Made by a program: the position numbers and the translations under genes. A stretch of 64,000 nucleotides of DNA from Nitrosopumilaceae archaeon (GTDB taxonomy: Archaea; Thermoproteota; Nitrososphaeria; Nitrososphaerales; Nitrosopumilaceae). Position 1 is the stretch's first letter, and each line of letters begins with the position of its first letter. This document shows, piece by piece, positions 1 through 8,330 of this stretch. Below the pieces are notes generated by a model that was not told the DNA's origin, made no database searches, and was given only the letters and a program-made list of their open reading frames with translations. Location of the stretch: contig OZ242274.1 in NCBI GenBank assembly GCA_965207375.1, forward strand, positions 480,001-544,000, written 5' to 3'.

Positions 1-1
1 T

Positions 2-349
2 GAACAACAACAGCAACAACAACAGCAAAAAGCAACACAAAATACACCACAGCCGCCACAGGAAATACATGTACCACAGATTAATCACACATCAAATATT
101 GCTCAAGATTCACCACAGGTAGAACCAATAGAACCAACACCTGAACCACCATATACGGTAAATGCAACTTTAATTGAAGCTGTAAAAGAACAAGCTGGTT
201 TATGGAATAGAACACTTGCAGCATTTAACATTACAGAACATGATAATCCTATGACTACAGCCGAAGCCCAAAACAACACCCAAAAATATTCTAATCCACT
301 ATGGGCACAGATTGCTGAAACTTTGAAGAAATTAGAGGCGGCAAATTAA
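2..349 (+). CDS. 3' end of a Q/P-rich protein (partial, runs off the window start)
   Basis: Open frame read by hand: EQQQQQQQQKATQNTPQPP...PYTVNATLIEAVKEQAGLWNRTLAAF...LKKLEAAN*, stop TAA at 347-349. Confidence 0.75.
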   Translation, partial: EQQQQQQQQKATQNTPQPPQEIHVPQINHTSNIAQDSPQVEPIEPTPEPPYTVNATLIEAVKEQAGLWNRTLAAFNITEHDNPMTTAEAQNNTQKYSNPLWAQIAETLKKLEAAN

Positions 350-538
350 ACATCGTGTAATGTCTTTTAATCTGGAATGTTTTGCCTGCATTTTCATTAA
401 ATACAAATCATGCTGTTTGGATTTTGTAGGTGACGACCTGACATAATTTTTGGCAGAATTTGCAGGTGACGAATTCTAGTATAACATTTTCAGATTGTAC
501 TTATATGACGAATTAATTCTAGTATAATAGTAAATTCA

Positions 539-895
539 ATGACTGTAGTAAAAGATGTTGGAAACAAGTCCAAAGAATTCTATGAATTTGTATTGCCGCC
601 AATTGACATGCATATTGAAGAGAATCGATTGATAGTCATCATCGATTTGCCAGGATTTGACAAAAAAGATCTAAAGATACACCTTGATGCAAATATTTTG
701 TGCATAAATGCAGAAAAACCAAAGATAAAGGAAAATCCAATATACAAGCAAAGACCAGACATTATAGATAAGAAAATCAAATTGCCTGTACACATCAAAG
801 AAGGTGAGGAAAAAGTCGAGGCCGTACAGTTTTCTCAGGGCGTTTTACGTATAACAATACCATTCAAGTCAGAAAAAGACATTACAATAAAATGA
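539..895 (+). CDS. Small heat-shock protein (Hsp20/alpha-crystallin family)
   Basis: PPIDM..DLPGFDKKDL and F..GVLRITIP motifs, C-terminal I-x-I (ITIK). Confidence 0.9.
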   Translation: MTVVKDVGNKSKEFYEFVLPPIDMHIEENRLIVIIDLPGFDKKDLKIHLDANILCINAEKPKIKENPIYKQRPDIIDKKIKLPVHIKEGEEKVEAVQFSQGVLRITIPFKSEKDITIK

Positions 896-2428
896 TTATC
901 TCTTTCTAAATGCAGTAAATATTCCCATGATTACCAGTGAGCAAATCATTCCAGATATTGCCAGAGATTCATTTGACGAATACAATAAAGAGGAGCCGAT
1001 AAAAATAGCAGCAGACAGAATGCTTCCAGATAATAAGATGTTTGATTTGGGCTTTTTGTTCAATTGCAATGATCTGTTATCATCAAGATATCGCTTTAAT
1101 TCAGGGGCAATTGAGATGGTAGCATCAATTGATTTTGCAAATTTTGTAAAAGAGTATTTTAGTTCCTCAATGTAGGCGTTTTTGATGAGGTCTTCCTCTT
1201 GCAGAATTTCCTTCAATACCTTGACAAACTTGAAATCAACTTCATGTGTCTTGTAGATACCCTCAATTATTGATGCCATTCTCATGTATAATGCCAAATG
1301 TTTGGGCAGCACAAACGGGAATTTGCTCATAGTTTTATTTGCAATCTCCATCAAACTGTTAACCTCCATTTCAGATGGTTTGCGGCCATGTAGTGCATCA
1401 ACGGTAAGCCCTATTGCCTGTTCAATTACTGAATGGTTAAAGTTGGCAGTAAGCATCCCCAATTCGCTCATTGCATTTACCGTACGTGGTGGATCTTTTT
1501 CTACAAGTGCTAGATACAGTCTAACTAGTTTTTTACGACTGTCATCATCTAGTTTGCCAACCATGCCATAGTCATAAAGAATCAGCCTACCCTCATCGGT
1601 AACTGAGACATTTCCAGGATGAGGATCTGCATGAAAAATAGAATGGCGTAACAACATTGTAAAGAAAACCTTGTGAACATCAATTACTAGTTTTGTTCGG
1701 TCAATATTTTTGGCATCTAATGCTTCAATATCAGTTACTTTGATTCCAGGAATGTATTCCATAACAAGTATGTTTTCAGAACAATATTGAGGATACACAT
1801 TAGGGATAAGCACAGAAGAGTTGCTCATGTTTGATTTGATTTGTTTGAGATTAGAATATTCTATTCTATAGTCAAGTTCCTCATGGACTGTTTCAATAAA
1901 TTGAGACAGCATGGCCTTTGCTGAGAATCTAAGATTGGGATCAACTAAGCGCAGGCCCAGAGGAAGTATTTTTTTGAGAACACGCAAATCATCTTCTACT
2001 ATTTTCTCAATTCCCGGACGCTTGACCTTGACGATTATTTGCTGATCTTTTAGTTTGGCTCGGTACACCTGTCCTAATGATGCGCCAGACAGTGCAGTAG
2101 ACTCAAAATCATCAAAGGTAGAATCAATGGGACCAAATTCCTTTTCTATGATAGGCTTTACCTGCTCAAATGGTGCCACAGGAACATCATCTTGAAGTTT
2201 TGCAAGTTCTTGCATGTATGGCTGTGGCAGTATGTCTGCACGTGAGGAAAGCCACTGTCCCAGTTTGATGTATACCGGTCCCAAGTCAACAAACGTATCT
2301 AGTGCCTTTGCGGCATTTTTACGATATTTTTGTGAATTAGTGTTTTTGCTGTTTGACCATTGCTTTCTGTCCTTGCGAAGTGCCAAAGCAAAGGGAAGAA
2401 GCTTGAATAAGACTTGAAGTGTTCGCAC
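896..2428 (-). CDS. AarF/UbiB (ABC1) family atypical kinase
   Basis: LGPVYIKLGQ, ASLGQVY, VKVKRP, FHADPHPGN and DYGMVG motifs; C-terminal TM helices. Confidence 0.93.
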   Translation of the reverse strand: MRTLQVLFKLLPFALALRKDRKQWSNSKNTNSQKYRKNAAKALDTFVDLGPVYIKLGQWLSSRADILPQPYMQELAKLQDDVPVAPFEQVKPIIEKEFGPIDSTFDDFESTALSGASLGQVYRAKLKDQQIIVKVKRPGIEKIVEDDLRVLKKILPLGLRLVDPNLRFSAKAMLSQFIETVHEELDYRIEYSNLKQIKSNMSNSSVLIPNVYPQYCSENILVMEYIPGIKVTDIEALDAKNIDRTKLVIDVHKVFFTMLLRHSIFHADPHPGNVSVTDEGRLILYDYGMVGKLDDDSRKKLVRLYLALVEKDPPRTVNAMSELGMLTANFNHSVIEQAIGLTVDALHGRKPSEMEVNSLMEIANKTMSKFPFVLPKHLALYMRMASIIEGIYKTHEVDFKFVKVLKEILQEEDLIKNAYIEELKYSFTKFAKSIDATISIAPELKRYLDDNRSLQLNKKPKSNILLSGSILSAAIFIGSSLLYSSNESLAISGMICSLVIMGIFTAFRKR

Positions 2429-2435
2429 AGTACAA

Positions 2436-2822
2436 TCACTCCAAATTCTTTTTGATGGTTTTGGTGATATAGTATCCTACATATCCCAAAGGAACAGCAC
2501 CAATTAATCCGGCAAATAATGCAAGCTTGTCAGAATTAGAGTTTTGAGATATTGCATCTGCGATCTTTTTGCCGCCAAATATTGCACAAGCCAATCCTAC
2601 AAGAAATTCAGGTGCATCATGTATCAAATGGCCCAAAGGGTCTCGGCGCGGATCCACCTTATCAGTATGAACCAAATATTTGTCATCATATTCTCTAATG
2701 TGTAAATTTCCATAACGATACTGTTTTTTTGCACCGTTTTTTTGGCCCAGATTGGATTCGGCAGCACCAGTTATCATAAATTGGCGTATTTCCTTTGGAA
2801 CCTCGATTTCGTTTCTTGACAC
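2436..2822 (-). CDS. Hypothetical membrane protein
   Basis: 128 aa ORF with two C-terminal hydrophobic segments, co-oriented 7 bp upstream of the ABC1 kinase. Confidence 0.7.
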   Translation of the reverse strand: MSRNEIEVPKEIRQFMITGAAESNLGQKNGAKKQYRYGNLHIREYDDKYLVHTDKVDPRRDPLGHLIHDAPEFLVGLACAIFGGKKIADAISQNSNSDKLALFAGLIGAVPLGYVGYYITKTIKKNLE

Positions 2823-2865
2823 GATCGCAAGATCGAGTAATTGCTTATAATCTTAGCCCATAATG

Positions 2866-2967
2866 GCAGCTAAGCGAAATGTGACCCAAATTCTTGCCCC
2901 CATCTCTGTCACTCTGCTTGCATTTCTGGGCAGATTTTGGCCTATTGCCTACATTTCGTTTAGCTGC
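2866..2967. repeat. Inverted-repeat element family A, copy 1 (MITE-like or structured RNA)
   Basis: 17-bp terminal IR gcagctaagcgaaatgt / acatttcgtttagctgc (1 mismatch) plus an inner stem; homologous copy at 45206-45302 in the opposite orientation. Confidence 0.8.
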
Positions 2968-3009
2968 TTAACACTTACTATTTTTATAATACTTTGTTAT
3001 ACTGTAATT

Positions 3010-3072
3010 GTCTATACTTGAATCCTTAGTGTGAGCAGTTTGCTGGCGACTAAGGCTCATGTGAGTATAGGC
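3010..3072 (-). ncRNA. Candidate structured RNA immediately downstream of the DUF3800-like gene
   Basis: Nested stems on the minus strand: ctatact/agtatag, ccttagt/actaagg, agca-aac-tgct; begins 3 nt after the stop codon. Confidence 0.45.
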
Positions 3073-3075
3073 TTT

Positions 3076-3660
3076 TCATTTAAAATCATGTAATAGTTTA
3101 GATTTTACATCATTTCTAATATCTAGTGTTACTACACCTTTTGGTTCTAACCCGTGATTATTACACCATGCAACAACATCTGACAAATCATATGCTGAGC
3201 CCTTGTAAGAATATTTCAGATTAACATCTTTTGCAAATCTTATACAATCACCATCACATTGAAAGATTACATCTTCCAAGCTTTGACCATGTTCTAATAC
3301 AAACCGTTGGAGTCTTTCTATAATGTATCTTGACACAGCTAAATTACATGCATAAAAAATTTTTTCGTTTAAGATATTTTTTTTCTTAATGCGTCTCATA
3401 TTTCGGATTTTATTTGTAATAATATTTCTGTCAATTCTAATACAAAATGCAATATTGTTTTTGCCGTCAAATCTTAATTTAGATATGATTGCATTTTGTT
3501 TATCGCTATGTATGTTTCGCATGTGTATATGATCATATCCCATGGTATTAAAAATTGCAGATATACTTTCCTCGGTTCCAATTACAATTGCGATAAATTT
3601 ATCATAAGAATCATTATTTCCTGAAAAGTCCATTCCACCAACAAGCATTATTGACCTCAC
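3076..3660 (-). CDS. DUF3800-like (RNase H-like fold) protein
   Basis: N-terminal beta-strand ending D-F-S-G (cf. DESG), central IHMR, acidic residue after a strand (IFQCD), C-terminal YDLSDVVAW (cf. QLADxxA); AT-rich. Confidence 0.55.
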   Translation of the reverse strand: MRSIMLVGGMDFSGNNDSYDKFIAIVIGTEESISAIFNTMGYDHIHMRNIHSDKQNAIISKLRFDGKNNIAFCIRIDRNIITNKIRNMRRIKKKNILNEKIFYACNLAVSRYIIERLQRFVLEHGQSLEDVIFQCDGDCIRFAKDVNLKYSYKGSAYDLSDVVAWCNNHGLEPKGVVTLDIRNDVKSKLLHDFK

Positions 3661-4240
3661 CTAATATCAAACGATTTTGGATTTGAAAACGTAAACAAAA
3701 TCTCGATAACTATCATTTCAAATTCTCCATAATTGCAGCTTTCTTTTCCCGTATAAATTCTACTACACAACCTGTCTTGCTATATGTGATTGGAAAACGT
3801 CCTGTACTGATTCCTGTATAATTCCATTGATTGCAGATACATACCACCGGTCAGATGATACATTGCTGTTTTTTGTTTTACCGCATTTGCACATTCTCCT
3901 ACGGAGGAATCCATGATGGCAGGCCTCAACATTCCGGTGCTAAGATCATCAACTCCACATATTGCATTGTCCTTGACTGAGCAAGTAGCACATGCAAGCA
4001 TGTTTTTGGCACCACATGTGGCATCTTGATATAATCGTGAATTATTTAATAGTTTACGGCTCTGGGTTTTTGTCTTGACAACAAAAATCATCTAGAGCTG
4101 CTCTAGTGTTCTCTGTATTTTTGGGCGGATTTTGGTCTCTTTTGCCCATATTTCACTTAGCTACAATGTATAACCAGTTGCGAGTCTGCCTTGACGACAT
4201 TTGAATTTTTTATGGTTCCGGTGTAAGATATTGTTAAAAT

Positions 4241-4335
4241 GTACTTGTTCACCTCGTGCCTAATTTTTCAATCATTATATCACCATCTGGGCATCTATGT
4301 TAACCACAAATTAACTCTATTACGTGAACAAGTAC
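4241..4335. mobile_element. MITE family B, copy 1 (95 bp, 12-bp TIRs, 8-bp TSD)
   Basis: gtacttgttcac (4241-4252) / gtgaacaagtac (4324-4335) perfect IR, flanked by gttaaaat at 4233-4240 and 4336-4343; second copy at 40013-40093. Confidence 0.85.
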
Positions 4336-4414
4336 GTTAAAATTATCTGTTATATCAAAGGCATACCGCAAGTCAATATCAATTGATATATAACAAGGGC
4401 ACATAGGGGTAATA

Positions 4415-5671
4415 ATGAACACAACGACGGCAAAAATTATTCTTGCAACAGTATTTACATTGGGACTAGCACTATCTGCAATGCAATCATCATATGCTGA
4501 AAGCATTGAAGAGTCATTTGAGAAGAAATTTTTCAAAATGATGGATGAAAAGAAAAACCTCCTAGTAAAAGAACTTGAAAACAATTCTACAAATATTGAG
4601 AAAATAAAAACACTTCAAACTGAATACTGGCAGGTAAATGAGATGCTAAACACGATGATTTATGTTGAGCCAAAAAGAGATTTTCTTGCAGAATGGGAAG
4701 CAAAAGAAAAACAAATTAAATTACTTGAAGAGAGTTTGCAACAATCTAATAAATTTGATGAATTCGATTTTATGGAACCTATACTTGAGAAAAAGATTCA
4801 AGCCATTAATGACGAAATATTTGTTTTAGAAGAACAGAGTATTGCCTCTATGATTCTAGATGAAAAAACAAAAAAACATCTAGAAACAATTGAAACGGAA
4901 ATCTTCACATCTTATCCTGATATATATGATATAGGAATTGATTCTGAGCAAAAAAAAGTCTTGGTTTTAGTAGATTATGAAAATCCTGATCATGTAAAAA
5001 GTGCCCAAAGCATACTTGAGCAATTTGGTACAAATAATGTCATAATCACACCTACAACACCTACAGCATGTGCATCAACAACTTCTAATTGTGATCCACT
5101 TTTGGGAGGACTTGCAATTAAAAGAGCCAATGAACCATCTAATAGAGGATATAGTGGTTCCATAGGATACAAAGCCAAAGATACAAACAACAACATTGGT
5201 TTTGTAACTGCAGGTCACGTAGTAGAAAAAAATGGGGTAGACATAATGTTGTATGATGGAACAAGTATCGGAGTGTCTTCTAATTACCATGAAAAAACTA
5301 AAGATGGGGGATATGACGTAGCCTTTGTAAAAACCACAAAAATAAGCGATGATATATTCAAATCATCTAACAGAACACTTGACATCAGTTCTTATGCTAC
5401 AAGTAACAGCTCTCACAATGCAGGCAATTTTATCTACTTTAGTGGAGCAACCTCAAACGGTGAGGAAAGAAGTAAGATCAAACTATACACCAGATCAGGA
5501 GTGGTATTATTTACTGACAATTATCCTACTTTTGGAGATAGTGGAGGTACAGTTTATGATAAAGATCGACGTGGAAAAATCAAACTCATGGGACATATAA
5601 CTAACAATAACATATACGTTCCAGTGCATGTAATAAAAAACAGTTACAATATAACTCCGCAATTGAGGTAA
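4415..5671 (+). CDS. Secreted chymotrypsin-like (S1) serine protease with a long N-terminal coiled-coil pro-region
   Basis: Signal peptide; catalytic triad motifs GFVTAGH, YDVAF, GDSGG. Confidence 0.85.
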   Translation: MNTTTAKIILATVFTLGLALSAMQSSYAESIEESFEKKFFKMMDEKKNLLVKELENNSTNIEKIKTLQTEYWQVNEMLNTMIYVEPKRDFLAEWEAKEKQIKLLEESLQQSNKFDEFDFMEPILEKKIQAINDEIFVLEEQSIASMILDEKTKKHLETIETEIFTSYPDIYDIGIDSEQKKVLVLVDYENPDHVKSAQSILEQFGTNNVIITPTTPTACASTTSNCDPLLGGLAIKRANEPSNRGYSGSIGYKAKDTNNNIGFVTAGHVVEKNGVDIMLYDGTSIGVSSNYHEKTKDGGYDVAFVKTTKISDDIFKSSNRTLDISSYATSNSSHNAGNFIYFSGATSNGEERSKIKLYTRSGVVLFTDNYPTFGDSGGTVYDKDRRGKIKLMGHITNNNIYVPVHVIKNSYNITPQLR

Positions 5672-5690
5672 ATTCTCTTTTTTTATAATC

Positions 5691-6245
5691 ATGAAAAATA
5701 ATACAATGTGTTTGTTTGATAAATCTAACAATATGAAAATATTCTTACTTTTTTTTACTACAGTTGCTTTATCATTTCTAATGCCTGCCTTTGGTTCTTC
5801 AGAAATGGAAACGTGGATAAATATACGAGGAGAAGAGGTAAGGGTGTTTTCTTCATCTGTTGAGGGACTGCTCACACGTGGATATTTTGAACAAAAAACA
5901 ATAGAACACATAACGTATTCTGCACAGTTTGATATAAGGGACGTATATTTTGCTGACAGATGGACTATAGCATTGCAGCTGCCGCAACTAGATAAAAAAT
6001 CATTGCTGTCAATTACGATACCTCGAAATGTTCTTGATTCCACACATGGTTACAATTCAGAAAAAGAAAATTACAATCTCTCTGAATACATCGTAATAGT
6101 TGATGATACAATAGAAATCGACCACATTGAGCTTGTGCCTTCCAAGACACATAGAACCATTCTAGTTAGTCTGGAACCAGGTGCTTTCATCATTGAGATT
6201 GTTGGGACATGCATTACAGAGCAATGTCATAAAGACTTGACATGA
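5691..6245 (+). CDS. Secreted protein with a thaumarchaeal surface-protein-type domain (start may be MKIFLL)
   Basis: Signal peptide; ITIPRNVLD...R.I.V...G...IEIVGT pattern of the kind found before PEFG-CTERM anchors, but no PEF/TM tail follows. Confidence 0.65.
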   Translation: MKNNTMCLFDKSNNMKIFLLFFTTVALSFLMPAFGSSEMETWINIRGEEVRVFSSSVEGLLTRGYFEQKTIEHITYSAQFDIRDVYFADRWTIALQLPQLDKKSLLSITIPRNVLDSTHGYNSEKENYNLSEYIVIVDDTIEIDHIELVPSKTHRTILVSLEPGAFIIEIVGTCITEQCHKDLT

Positions 6246-6339
6246 CTTATTTGGTGTGTTTTGCATTCCGTACAAGTTAACCTAAAAAATAAAGGCATTG
6301 ATTTAGATTACTGTTTTGCAGATTTTCAAAATTGATAAA

Positions 6340-7629
6340 TTATACAACAGTTTGCCTTTTTTTACGCATACGCATGTAAAAGAAGATTCCAATTCCAATT
6401 ATAATTGGGATAATAATCAGTCCAGTTTGATCAGGATCTGTAGCTGCTAGATTCGGATCCTCAACTGTTACGGCAGTCTCATATGTAAGAAATTGTTCGT
6501 CACGTAGTGTATCTTTGTACCTTACGGTAATTTTGATGTCGTGTTTACCGTATCGTGGCTCTCCGTCAAATTCAACGGGAATGTTAAACGGTACTGGAGA
6601 ATCTGTCTCAATTTCGTCGATGAATTGCTTGGTTTGCTTTAGGTTAGAGTCGCCCATCGGAGTCATCGTCACAAATCCAAACAAAGCCTCCTCGTTGCCC
6701 TCATTGATGATATTTCCAATGATTAGCTGTCTGTCACCAAGATTTCGTGTCTGGACATCATATATTGTCAAATCAATTAATCCCTTTACAAAAAAATCAA
6801 CCACCCTGTTAATTGTATGAGTGTCACCATGCGCGTTGAAATAAGTTACCTGCATTGGAGTTCTCAGCGACTCGGCTCTAAGGGACTCTGGTACATATAT
6901 CAGAAATTCCAGGAATTTGGACTCTCCGGGCCCGATGTGGCCTACCTCCCAGTTACTATCAAGTATGACAACATTTTCCACATTCGTAACTGATGTTGAT
7001 GTGCTAGATATTGCAGTCTGAGTATTTTGTAACTCTAGTTCCACATCAGATACTGGTGCGGAGCCATCATTGGTGATCTCAATTATGACCTTGTTTTCCT
7101 GAAGCGATGTAAGGAATGGGTTTACTGCACGCATGTTGATGATGCTGTCTCCAGTTAATTTGAAATCAAAATCAAAAAAGGCAGTTCTCGTTCCAGATTC
7201 GCGCAATCTAGAAAAATCCACCTTGACTGTTCCAGGATACTGTTGTAACTGTGCATGTTCATCCACATTTACAAAAAATGTCAGTGCAAAGTTTTCACCG
7301 GCAAGAGAATTTGAATCAGCATCTGCATATACTAGCGAGCCGGGGCCGTCTGCAGAAGAGAATTGGTTGGGCAGTCCAAGCTGGCCGCGGATTCCTGTAA
7401 TATCCTGAGTGCCCACATTTGCCAAAATTACAGTAAGTGGGGTGTTTTTGTCGCCGGGTCCGACCTCAATCTTCTCATCCACAGTACCAAAATACGCATC
7501 AAGGAACTTTACATCGCCGAATTCGCGCTCAAATGGAGAATTTCCAAAACCCTGAACCTGCTGGGCAAATGCATCAGAAATCACTACGCTGCACAATACA
7601 GTAAATGAAATCAGGAGAACAGTCTTCAT
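6340..7629 (-). CDS. S-layer-domain-like (COG1361-type) surface protein associated with an ABC exporter
   Basis: Signal peptide, repeated Ig-like N-x-G segments, C-terminal TM with basic tail; in an operon with the ABC genes. Confidence 0.75.
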   Translation of the reverse strand: MKTVLLISFTVLCSVVISDAFAQQVQGFGNSPFEREFGDVKFLDAYFGTVDEKIEVGPGDKNTPLTVILANVGTQDITGIRGQLGLPNQFSSADGPGSLVYADADSNSLAGENFALTFFVNVDEHAQLQQYPGTVKVDFSRLRESGTRTAFFDFDFKLTGDSIINMRAVNPFLTSLQENKVIIEITNDGSAPVSDVELELQNTQTAISSTSTSVTNVENVVILDSNWEVGHIGPGESKFLEFLIYVPESLRAESLRTPMQVTYFNAHGDTHTINRVVDFFVKGLIDLTIYDVQTRNLGDRQLIIGNIINEGNEEALFGFVTMTPMGDSNLKQTKQFIDEIETDSPVPFNIPVEFDGEPRYGKHDIKITVRYKDTLRDEQFLTYETAVTVEDPNLAATDPDQTGLIIIPIIIGIGIFFYMRMRKKRQTVV

Positions 7630-8330
7630 GATACAGTAACCTCCATAGTTGCAGCTTCTCCCTCAAATGCCCTGCCATCTTTTATTGTGATGACCCTGTC
7701 TACATCTCCGAATTGATGGCGATCATGTGTCACGATAATAAAGGTCTGGCCTAATTTTTTTGCCATGGATTTCATAAGATCAACAATTGTCTCTGCGGTA
7801 ACTGAATCAAGATTGCCTGTAGGCTCATCGGCTAAAACAACAGAGGGTCTGTTTACCAACCCGCGGGCAATGGCTGCTCTTTGTGCTTGACCCCCCGATA
7901 TCTGGTTGGCACGTTTGTGCATTTGATTTTCTAGGCCTACTGCTCGAAGCAAGTTTTTTGCCTCCTCCATAGAATTACCGTCGCTGTTTTGAATTTCACG
8001 TGGCAGCATGACATTTTCTAATACCGTCAAATCTGGAAGCAGATTTGAGAATTGGAAAATAAACCCTAGTTTTGAATTTCTAAAGGCAGATATCTCATTG
8101 TCGTTTAGAGAGGTGGTTTCGGTACCATCAATTAGGACTGTACCAACTGTAGGCTTGTCAAGCAGTCCAATCATGTTTAGTAATGTGGATTTGCCAGAAC
8201 CAGAGCTTCCCACAATTAACAAAATTTCTCCTTTTTTTACTGAAAATGAGACATCATATAGTGCATGAACCTCGGTGTCGCCTTGACCGTAGATTTTGGA
8301 TAGATTTTTTGTCTCTAGTACCTCAGACAG
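7626..8330 (-). CDS. ABC transporter ATP-binding protein (LolD/MacB type); true start probably CTG at 8330
   Basis: Walker A GSSGSGKST, signature ISGGQ, ADEPTGNLD; frame is open 36 codons upstream of the ORF-track start (LSEVLETKNLSKIYG...). Confidence 0.9.
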   Translation of the reverse strand: MSEVLETKNLSKIYGQGDTEVHALYDVSFSVKKGEILLIVGSSGSGKSTLLNMIGLLDKPTVGTVLIDGTETTSLNDNEISAFRNSKLGFIFQFSNLLPDLTVLENVMLPREIQNSDGNSMEEAKNLLRAVGLENQMHKRANQISGGQAQRAAIARGLVNRPSVVLADEPTGNLDSVTAETIVDLMKSMAKKLGQTFIIVTHDRHQFGDVDRVITIKDGRAFEGEAATMEVTVS

